In this document: positions 1 through 12,000 of the stretch, piece after piece
How the letters are laid out: each line of letters starts with the position of its first letter
How positions within the stretch are numbered: position 1 is the first letter of the stretch
Origin: Antedon mediterranea
Lineage: Eukaryota; Animalia; Echinodermata
DNA: 64,000 bases
Assembly (NCBI RefSeq): GCF_964355755.1
Contig: NC_092673.1
Span: 17,233,648 to 17,297,647 of the forward strand
Direction of reading: 5' to 3'
Translations under genes and position numbers: made by a program
The notes under the pieces: model-generated
Database searches by the model: none
What the model was told of the DNA's origin: nothing
What the model saw: the letters and a program-made list of their open reading frames with translations, nothing else

Positions 1-3000
1 ATTGCAAAATAAGGTAATGTACAGGGATTTGCTAGTGTAATAGGCTAACATTCTATAGATATGATGTGGTAAACCATTCTATTTTGTTCTACTCATTTAT
101 TAATAATGATAATTATGATTATTTACCACAATATTTAGCAGCAATTGTTGTTGTTTGTATTGACAAAAAACAAACAATTTCACATAATGTCTGTTGTCAG
201 TATTTATAAACTTCATTATGATTCCTTTCCAGGATGGTGACACTCCATTACATATATATCTGTGGAGTGGATATACAACACCTACCTTAGAAATAGTGAC
301 GTGTCTCATTCAGCATGGGGCACCAGTAGCATTGCAAAATAAGGTATTGTACAGGGATTTGCTAGTGTAATAGGCTAACATTATATAGATATGCTGTGGT
401 AAACCATTCTATTTTGTTCTACTCATTTATTAATAATGATAATTATGATTATTTACCACAATATTTAGTAGCAATTGTTGTTGTTTGTATTGACAAAAAA
501 CAAACAATTTCACATAATGTCTGTTGTCAGTATTTATAAACTTTATTATGATTCCTTTCCAGAATGGGAACACTCCATTACATTCATATCTGGGGAGTGT
601 ATATACACCTAACTTAGAAATAGTGACGTGTCTCATTCAGCATGGGACACCAGTAGCATTGCAAAATAAGGTAATGTACAGGGATTTGCTAGTATAATAG
701 GCTAACATTCTATAGATATGATGTGGTAAACCATTCTATTTTGTTCTACTCATTTATTAATAATGATAATTATGATTATTTACCACAATATTTAGCAGCA
801 ATTGTTGTTGTTTGTATTAACAAAAAACAAAAAATTTCACATAATGTCTGTTGTCAGTATTTATAAACTTCATTATGATTCCTTTCCAGGATGGTGACAC
901 TCCATTACATTCATATCTGGTGCATGGATACGCTATCTTAGAAATAGTGACGGGTCTCATTCAGCATGGGGCACCAGTAGCATTGCAAAATAAGGTAATG
1001 TACAGGGATTTGCTAGTGTAATAGGCTAACATTCTATAGATATGCTGTGGTAAACCATTCTATTTTGTTCTACTCATTTATTAATAATGATAATTATGAT
1101 TATTTACCATAATATTTAGTAGCAATTGTTGTTGTTTGTATTGACAAAAAACAAACAATTTCACATAATGTCTGTTGTCAGTATTTATAAACTTCATTAT
1201 GATTCCTTTCCAGGATGGTGACACTCCATTACATTCATATCTGTGGGGTGGATATACACCTACCTTAGAAATAGTGACTTGTCTCATTCAGCATGGGACA
1301 CCAGTAGCATTGCAAAATAAGGTATTGTACAGGGATTTGCTAGTGTAATAAGCTAACATTATATAGATATGCTGTGGTAAACCATTCAGCAGCAATTGTT
1401 GTTGTTTGTATTGAAAAAAAACAAACAATTTTACATAATGTCTGTTGTCAGTATTTATAAACTTCATTATGATTCCTTTCCAGGATGGTGACACTCCATT
1501 ACATATATATCTGAGGAGTAGTTTTGTTTTGATTTAGATATTCATTTATAAGTCAACTATAATTGTAATGTGTTGTTGTTGTTTTAATATTTCATTTGTA
1601 TCTGGATAGTATCCAAATATTATTTTCTTTGAAAGTTTATAGTAAAACTATTTGTTGTTTTATATTATGGCTCAAACATTTTAACACATCTACCTACTGT
1701 TCCAAAGTAAACTTTTATTCAATTTATCTCTCTCTCTCTCTCTCCTCCATCTTTCAATGTTGAAGGAGGTAGACTATAAACAGCAGCACTCAAGTTTTGG
1801 TTTGGATACAGGAGTTATAGGTGGCGCACTGTACAAGTTGATTTCATTTATTAGCAAATATTAATTTCTATTCACGTCCTAATTTACAACCAATGTTAAA
1901 AAATAGTAAATCTATGTGTTATCACGTGATGCTCTTTCATCCAATCTCTAGATGGTAAATGTTTGAGCAATGACTGTATGTATGTGATGCGTATTAAAGT
2001 GTGTTATATTGTATATCAATAATTTCTCAAAAACTACTAATAGTAACTAAACCCATTTTTTTAATAGGATGGAAATACACCTGTCTCTGTTTTAGAAAGT
2101 AACAGGCGGATCGGGGACCAGAGAAAAACTGAAATTTTAAACTTCTTTAAAAGTAAGTGAAGTTTTAATTATTAAAATTTTGGAATCAACTAGTTTTCAT
2201 TACAAACGATAAAGATTTGATTTCTTGTCCCAAATGAAGAAGAATGTCCAGATAAAGAAAATTAACATTTATGATATCATTCACAGGTTCAGATGGCAAT
2301 AGATTAAATAATCCACTGGGATTGTAGTAAACATGGAAGTTGTGATATGTTGCAAGATGTAAAAACCTTATTTTTTATGATTTGAAAATTGCAAATAAAT
2401 TAGAAAAATTATTTTGCCATTACGATAAAAATACACAAAAATGCAAACTTTAAAATTCCTTTGAATTAACAATATTGAATAAATTTGGCCACACTTTTTT
2501 TTTATGGAACGTCATTTTTCACATCAAATCAATCTCTTTATTCATCAATACATCAAAACAATTATACATAAACAAATTAAAGATGTGAAGATGAAAGGGA
2601 CCTCCAAGAAACCCAAAGGGACTTGTGATAAAAGGACCACTATAAGCTAGTTACAAAAAAAACATACAAAAAATAAATTAATAAAATTAATAAAAATCCT
2701 GTATAGACAAATACACGGGATGCGCACTGTTAAGGAATATTTGAACTTTATTAATTGCATATAAATGTAAATGTAGAATTTTTTTTTTTTAATGTAATCT
2801 ATTTTATATATACCGTAGTTCCCCGGGTATAATCCCACCCCCCTTGTACGTGAAATTTTCCCGAATTTGGGAGGTGGGACTATACCCGGGGATTTTCCGG
2901 TGCATGAACTGAAAATGACAATATTTCTTCTGGCTACGATTTAGGCTATCTAAAGCTTCCGATGTAGGCCTAGACATTAGACTGCCAGGTCATCTAGGCC

Positions 3001-6000
3001 TAGGCGGCCTAATTGGTCTATGCCTACTGTATAGATTTTCTCCCAGATTTCTACTTAAAAAATACCCTAAAATGTGATCTGGGCCTGGCTTCCTAAATAA
3101 TATCGACATAACTCATACGAGTTCTCCGTCTCTCCCGATTCCCCACGCTCGAGCTCTGTGCAAATCGCATGTTGTTGCATGTGACACGAACTACAGTACT
3201 GCTCCGGTCGGTATAGATGGCGGTGTTTTTTTTTATGGTAATCAAGCATGCTGCGCAGTAGTGTAAACAAGGCATGCAGTATGTACACGGCGAGCGAGTG
3301 TGCGGCGAATGCATGATGTACAGAACACGAAGATCGGGGCGATGATATTAAGGTTGTATTCAATTTTACGATGGCCAATGTTTGATGAGTTTTAAAGGCC
3401 AGGTGCGGGCAAAAAATTTCTATTGATCATACATTCCAATAATTATCGATCTATAGTTTCCCTTATGTTTCATATTTTTTGGGATTTTATTTGTGTTACA
3501 CAAGCTTGTTAAAAATAAGCACTTTCTTATCAGTGGGGGGATAGTTCAAATTACACAGTAAAATCTCTATTCTTTTATACACAAATTTTGTAAATAGAGA
3601 GGCATTTTAAAAAGCTATGAGAAATAAACGGTGTGGTAAAAAAAGTTATCAGATGACTAAATATAGGTAATATAACTTGAATATTACATTTCTGATATTT
3701 TTATTCAACTTCAGATTTTTATTTTCATGCTATAGCAAAAATTAACCACCGTATATCCACCACTTTTTTCACCGTCTAGGGAGTCACCAGACATGTTATT
3801 ACATTAGGTTAACTACCTAACTACTGAAAAAAGGTCTTCCTGGTTTTTATGGAAGAATTTGGCCAAATTTTGTATTTGACCATATTAAGGGAAATTCATG
3901 TTTTTTCGTCTTGATTTCTGTTACAAATATTTGATTTATGTACAATTAACCAAATATTATATTTAAAATTCATGCCTGTACCTGAGCTTTAAGTCAGCCG
4001 AATTCAGAGAAATTACTCTATTTTTGGGTGAGAATTTCTTTTAAAAAAATCCTAATGATAAATTATACACTGCGACTTTGCCCGGGGATATGCTTGCGTG
4101 CGAAGGTAATCGTAAAGTCGGGGGTGGGATTATACTCGAGGTGGGATACCCGAGGAACTACGGTAATGGTATTATTTAAAATACAAACAATTTACGATAG
4201 GAGGAGATAAATATTGAATTTAACAAGGCCATATAGATGTCTGCAGTCGCTTGCTCAAGTTAGTGTTTACCAACCGACCGACATAGTGAGTTGTAGAGTG
4301 GCGTTGCACGTGACTAAAAATCTAATTTTCTTGTTAAATCCCATTTTTTGTTTCCACAATGAATGAATTTTCTTCACATACTTTTAAGCCAGCTTAAGAA
4401 TACTATTTCTCTGTATGTAAAATTAAGCATCATACATAATGTATTTTACCTTGGCTCCTACAATTGTATTATCTTACGACTTACTTCCCATGCAAATAGG
4501 CACAAAATATTAAGTAATATTTGAGCATAAACGCTTAAATAATTTTAAAAGTTGTTATAAATTAATGAGCTCAGTAGAGTACTTACACACAGAATAATAG
4601 AATATTGCATTCATATTTTGTTTCTTTTTCTTCCCAACTTTTTGTTACTTTTTTCTGGGAGCCTAGGCTTAAAGTTTTATACTTTTAAGGTTTCCTTCCA
4701 CACATACTATGTTTTATTAATTATTATCTTACATGTTTATATAATTATTATTTTATGTATTTTTAATATGTGTGGAGAATATTTATTCAATATCTATTGA
4801 ATATTGCATAAACAAATTGAATTTAATTGCAAATATTTATCCTTGGCTTGGTGTAGGCCTACTATAAAAGGTTGAGAATACAGAACCAAAACTGATAGTA
4901 ATGTATGACAAAGTGAACAAACTTTTATAGAAGGAACTTTCTTAGCCAATACATACAAGATTAAACCATTAGGTAAGAGTTAAAAATCTATTTCAAAGAC
5001 CCATTCCCTACAATTTTCGAGGTTTTGTAAAAATAATGCAATATTACTTTAAAAACATTAAACCAGGTTATTCCTTGTCTAAGATGTACGTTTTATGGTA
5101 ATTTATGATAAAATGAGAGAAACAATGTACTCGCAGTTTATTTATTATTATATAGTTTATTAAAATCATTAATAAACTTATATTATATATTTGATACTTT
5201 CTGATCGTACCAGACGTAGCGATAGCCAGTGGAACAAAGCAAATCGTTAACTTGTTTAGCCCAACAATGTTCATTTTTATTAGTTTTTCTTAGTTGAAAC
5301 GTGTAACATTTAAAAGGAAATCTATTTTTATCCATTTCAGTGATTTGTAACCAATAACGAATAATAGAAATAAAGCAATCAATGTTTAAGCGTAGTCTGC
5401 TTAATTCTGATCTAACAGCCACGCTGGGTGCGCTGTTTCCAATGCCTAAAATAAATCTTGAAAAACGTGTCTGTAAATGATCAATTGGTGATAAATTCGA
5501 AAAGCCCCATGTCTCACTCCCGTAAATTAAAATTGGTAAAACTTTGTCAAAAATGTGTTTCCATATATTCTCTGGTAGGTATTTTGTTTTGCTATTAATT
5601 GATTGTTAGTACGTACGTTATTTGCTTTTTGAAAATTGTTTTCAATTGTGTTATTCCACTTACCATTTGAATTGAAAACCACTTCCAAGTAAGTATACGA
5701 TTTAACAACTTCCATTTTAATGTTTATGTAATACTGTACCATTTTTCATATTTTCTTAATTTTTCACCTTTTTTAAATACCACTATTTTTTATTTGTTTA
5801 CATTTACACTAAGACCCCATGTGTCACAAAATATTTCCAATATAATTATTAAATTTTGTAAGCCTTTACTGTGTCTGCGAATAGTAATAAATCAGCAGCA
5901 TATAGCAGATGGTTTATAAAGCAATCCCCGAATGGTATTTTTTCGTTATTTTGATTTAGCTAGTAATTCATAAATATATTAAATAGAGATAATGGCAGGG

Positions 6001-9000
6001 GTGACCCTTGTTGTATTCCAATTGAACATTCAAATAGGAGCGTTAATGAGTTTCTTATTTTTACATGCGCTAATAATTGGAAACTAAATAATAATATATA
6101 TGACGTCATATATATTATTATTTACGCCTATTCTTAATTTTAATAATAGAAAATTATGATTTATACTGTCAAGTGTACGTTTTAGATCAACGAAGCCACT
6201 AAATATTCTACCCCTTTTTTTACGTAGATATTTTTGAATTATGCTGTTAAGAATGAAAATATTATCTAATGTGCGGAATCCCTTGCGAAAACCCGATTGT
6301 TCTTATTAAATAATGTTATTGTTTTCAGTATGGTTAGTTATTCTAGTGTTAAGGATGTTTAAAAATATTTTGCCAAGAATTGGAATTAGAGACATGCCCC
6401 TATATATATATACTGGGCTAGGCTTACCAAATATTTATTTTGTTTTCAAATTTAGCGCCAGCTGAACCGTTGCTTCAATAGGCTAAAATAGTCCTTGGCT
6501 GTACTGCTAATAACTAATTGTACTGTATATTCATTACATTGGTGGTGGGGGGAGGGGCGGTGTTCTTCTAAACACCAAGCCCTTTAAAGTATAACTAATC
6601 TCTACCAAGTGTATAAAGTGTATGTTTTACAAATATTTATATTATACAAACATTTAGAGTTTTTAATCAATTATGCAAGCAAGCAAGTATGACACATTGT
6701 ACATTCTAGGCTGATGTTTAAATTTTTTATTTTTTAACAATTAATATTTACAAAAGTGTAGCGTACACACATAATGGGGAACTAACGACTGGGGACAGTG
6801 GGCACGTTTTCTGAGCGTGTTTTAGTAGGACCAGAAAAGCGCCCTTATTGTAAGTCTTTAAAGGTGCAATTCCAGGTCTATCTATATTGACAAAATTGTT
6901 TGACATCAGCCTAAACCATGGTTGGGCTCGAGTTATCTTTATTGTGTTTTGACAAACAGGTATAAAAACAAAATTGATTTCTGGTCATAAAACAGAATAT
7001 AAATAAAAACATTCAAAAAGTTCAAAGCATATTGAAAACTTACAATAGATGTTTTTAATCGCATTTCCTACTGCCTCATTCTGAATCATACCAGTTATTC
7101 ATTTCAGGATTACTATATTTGCACTTTACCCATTGAAACCATGCTAATCAACCATATGTTGCTATAATTTCAACGATTTAGATTCAGGATCGCTGTCAAA
7201 AAATGTTGCATTTACGTCTATATGTTTGGATGAGTTTGAGTTCCACAATTTTTTTTGGACATAATTTAAATTAATAACTGTAGTTGTTAACTGTATACAT
7301 TGTAGTTAAAAATATACATTATTATTTATTATAGTATATTCAGAATGAATGATTGCTTATACACAATCACCCACAAGTGTTTGTAAGGCTTTGTATCACA
7401 CAGAGCCTTTATATATAACCTTATACCATTGAAAAAAAAAGACTTTTAATATAGTGTTTTTTATGAAAATATATAATATGTAATATTTTTGTTTTGTGCA
7501 TTTTTTTAGATTTACCAAGTACTACTGTTGAGCAATTTCAAACACAATTTCAGAAACAGACAAGTGACGAACAGAAAACAAAACTTCTTAAGCCAGAGAG
7601 TGGTGAGTTTAAGAATAAGACCTGCTGTATGTTTTATGATTGTATCTATATATAATTTAACAGAATTGTGATTAAAATGGGATTTCAGTAAAGAGAGAAT
7701 TAGATGCTAATGTTATTTAAAAAATCATTTCTGAGCGGTACTGTAAAAAGGCGAAAAAGTGTGCAACTGATAACAAATAACAAATGGAGAGATTTTATTT
7801 ATCATAAATAAAACAATTGATTGTTTCCATTTAAAATACTGTAATAATGGAATGAAGCTAGTTTGCAGATTTATGTGGCATGCTTGCTTGATTTTTGCTT
7901 GATTGTTGATTTTTAGGTTATATGCATTATCATGCGATCACGCGATGTACGCGCGATTTAACGAAATCACGTTTGTAATCATATCTTCACAAGCATGAAT
8001 CACTTTTAAACAAAATTTTAAAAATAATATAGATCGTCAGAATGCTCGGGAACACGTATTTTTTATTTCATTTTCTTGAAGTGTACAGTATGTATAATAT
8101 GTATGATTTGTTATGAAATTAAGAGAACAAAAGTTGATAAAGTCATCATTAATTGCATTTTAAATTTAAAAAAATTTATTTCGACAATCAAAAAATTATG
8201 ACATTTTCTTAGGCCGAAATAACAAACGTTCTTCTTTCAAAATAAAAGTTCATATATTAAAGTTAAAACTATATAGTTTGACAGTGCATCGTTTTTTAAC
8301 ATTTTTAAAGATGCATCATAGTAAAACATTATAATTCATTGCGGTATGTAATAATCTATCTGCGCCAAAGTGGTTACTGCATAGCAAATACATGGAGGAA
8401 TCTTTCTACAACTTTTAGTCAGTTGTGTATGGCTCGGTGGTCTGTGCTCGTGTCTATGGCATTTAAGGTACCGAGATCGAGTCTCACATTGGGAAAGGAA
8501 ATAAGATTTTTTTTTATTATCCATATTGTTTGTTCAATTTTATTTTTTAGTGTATAGATTATACACATAATTTATAATGAAATCTAGATAAAAAGTAAGT
8601 AATGTCTTTATTATTATGTAACAATGTGGTTTATGACATTATACGCAGAGGGATCTTTGATCGGATGGTGATACCGGCTATTGTATTCGCGTTAGCAAGA
8701 TCCTATATTATAAATAATTAAAGATTCTGAGAAAATCAATCAATCAATATATCTTTTAAAAATCAATTATCTTTATTTAAATCAATGCATATAACCTATA
8801 ATTCGTCATAGTGACGAATTAAATTCTAGTTTTTTTTTTACTTTATTTACTCCAGATGTTGAAAAAATCTATTAAAATCTTGATTCAATTTTCAGATATT
8901 GCTGCACGTGAATTAGATTTTCAGAAAGCATACAATGAAGCCTTGAAAGATGGATCCGTCCCAGTCAATCTTGGAATGCTTAAAGTGATTGGGCAAGAAG

Positions 9001-12000
9001 GAGTTGGTAAAACATGCCTCATAAATGCGTGTCTTGGAAAAGAGTAAGTAGTAGTAGTAGGACAATGAAATGAACATTACAAAATATTTGTGAGTCAACT
9101 AAGAATTACAAACCAGCCAACTTTATTGATTTGTTTTTGATAAACTACCACTTTTTAAATATTGCAGTGATAGATAACAATAGTTGAATAAAAACGTCTA
9201 TAAATATATAAATTGGTTTCTACAATTATCATAAAACCATCAAATTTTCTATAGAATATAGAATTTGCTTTTAGGCTTGTATTTAAAAAAAAGATCATTC
9301 GAATGGTCGGATAACTTGACTTCCTAAATGTATAATTAATGAATATATTAAAATGGTTTTGAAGTAAAAGGAGAAAAGTGCATTTTTTACAGTACCTGTA
9401 CTTAAAATGACTGAAGTTCATTGTTGGTTTCAAATATTTTTGCCAGATTTGAGGAAAAGCATGTAGTTACAGATGGCATAGCGGTGATAAGAACAGCAAG
9501 CACAACATGGACAGAGGCTAAAGCTGATAGTGGTAAACATGAATACAAATTAGCATATTACTCTTCCCATCATCATACGTTATGTAACCATATTTATCAA
9601 TAATTATTATCATAGACACAAACAAGTCCACAATGAAATGGAGACATAGAATGGAATTCAATAAATGTATACAACCGTAGTATGGATTCAACAGTCATAT
9701 TTTCACATACATTACAATTGTTACTCTATGATCCCTTTATAAGGCACAAGTTACTGTATGTTACATTCTTTGATGATGTACTGTAATTGTAATTTTACTT
9801 CGACAGTAGTAAAATATCCAAAGTATAGTCACATATGAACGTATGTGCTGAAATAATATGTACACACTTTCTCTTTCTCTACAGGTGATCCTTCAAAACA
9901 GTATACAAAAATGGTCACTGACAAATTGAGAGCAAAGGAAACTGTAAACGTATGTCAATAATAATGAATAAAGTAGCACCTACAGGACTATTGCAAACCA
10001 GTCACTTAGGCTTTCTTTCTAAATGAATCAATGATGCATTATGAGTGGCTATTTCATTTTTTTTGCTTCAATCCTTTTAAATTTACTCTAAAAATTAATT
10101 TGGTTTTGCTTTTGAGAGTAAATAATATTAGTTTTCTCTTATATTAAATTTTAAACAATACTGTATTTCACTTTGAATAACATTTATTTCTTTTTTCTAT
10201 CCATTTATTGCTTTTGTTTTATGTGTTAGATTGACATGAAACCACCTGTAGATGATGATGATGATGATGAGGATGGAATTGTTGTTGACTACAATAACCA
10301 TGGCAACAATGATGGTATGTAACTTTCCATTAAATTCTAATTATTCTTACATTTTTGTAGTAAAAGCACTAATAAATAAGTTGAAATTATCAGTTTGCAA
10401 TTTCTGTCATATTAAACATCTATTGTCCCCAAAAAACATGAAAAATAAAGATTATTAAAATCAGACTTTGAATAGATTATTTTGTAGTCAATCACTTCTG
10501 TAGAAAAAAAGGAAACACATACAAAATAACAAAAAATAAATGGTTAAATTCAAGCAAAAACCCATTGGCTGGCAGTCAATTTGACTATTTTTTGCTTAAA
10601 ATTACAGTTTTTTAGGTAAATACATTTTTTCTCAATCCAATTTTTGGTCAAAGTGGATAACTATTAGATGACATTAAAATTGCATATTTTTCAAGGGGAC
10701 ATATTTAAGTTCATAGTTATTTAAAATAATATTAGATTATAAGATTATTAAAATTAGATTTTCCTATTTAATGTAACTAAAGAAGTATAAAATTATGTTA
10801 TCAGATTTATCTATCTGTGTAACAATTATGGTGACGGTAATTTAGAGAAAACATGGCAGCGGCCATCCCACTCCTAGACAGTCCAAAGACGCTGTACATG
10901 CAGGCTTGATGGGCATGTTTCTTAGTTAGCAAAGTTAAACAAAGATGAACTAAAACACCTAATTAAAACCTTAGGAGGGGCTTACAAAGATGCTTATTTT
11001 TTTGTATGAATCTAGAAGAATCAAAGTGAATTCACAGTCTACACCTACTATATAATATACATAAATATATACTGGGCTTATACAAATGTGCAGATTAATA
11101 GTTTGTACATATTAAAGTATCCTTTCATATCTACCATCCCCTTTCACTTACCTTCCCGGTGCGAAAGCTCATATGATGATAATGAAGACAACTATACTCA
11201 TAGTAACTTTTTAACTGACTGATTAAATATGATGAATTAAAATTTTTGAAATAAAATTATGCTTGTTACGCCGTTTGTGGAATGACCACAAAATTTGTTT
11301 CCACTACAGGTACTGATACAGCTACTCAAGCTGTTCCATTTGATACAGATCAACAATTAGATAAGGATGTAATCAAGAAAGTTGAGGAAAATAAGGAGGA
11401 GACTTTGGAAGAAACATTCAACATCTGGGACCATGGGGGACAATTAATATACCATGGTCTACATCGGGTAAGTAGGTTTCTGTATAGACTAACATGATTG
11501 TATGGCCAAGGTATAGTTGGACGTCTCCCGTTGTGCTGATCTGGTAGGCGCTTCACTGCTGGCTGCCGTTGGTCAGTGTCAGTGGTCAAGCTCACTTTTC
11601 AGTTAAGCTTGAGGACAACTATTAATACCTTTACCTTTACCCTTTATGAAAGTCTTTATTATATTAATATGTATTGTCCCCTGAAAAAATAATTCTTAAA
11701 TATTTTTTTTTTAATATTCCATTTTAATGTAACATCACTTTGACCAAAAATTGGATCGAAAAAAAAAATTTATTTACCTGAAAAAATGTAATTTAAAGCA
11801 AAAAATTGTCAAATTGGCTACCAGCCAATGGATTTTTATATTTTGTCATTTTATAAGTGAAAACATTGTTTTTTTTTCGTTTTTTTTTTTCAATGGAAGT
11901 GATTAACTACAAAATAAATATTCAAATTCTGATTTAATTAATCTTCATTTTTCATGTTTTTGGGGGACAATACATCTTTAAGGTCCACATACAATTAAAA

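Larger units (their letters stand above)
1..1520 (+). repeat. Tandem array of ~324-330-bp exon+intron ankyrin cassettes (continues upstream of the window)
   Basis: Exon ends at 13, 343, 670, 994, 1321. Introns 14-232, 344-562, 671-889 and 995-1213 are each 219 bp and nearly identical. The last intron (1322-1483) has a 57-bp deletion. Confidence 0.97.

Noticed and set aside
100-1494. Minus-strand 68-69 aa ORFs
   Set aside because: Antisense shadows of the ankyrin cassettes; the + strand has the splice signals and the ankyrin motif.
1-1537. CRISPR-like or diversity-generating-retroelement interpretation of constant repeats with variable inserts
   Set aside because: Units are ~327-bp spliceosomal exon/intron cassettes. 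Variation is not adenine-specific, there are no cas genes or DGR-type RT, and the RTs in the window are DIRS/LINE types.
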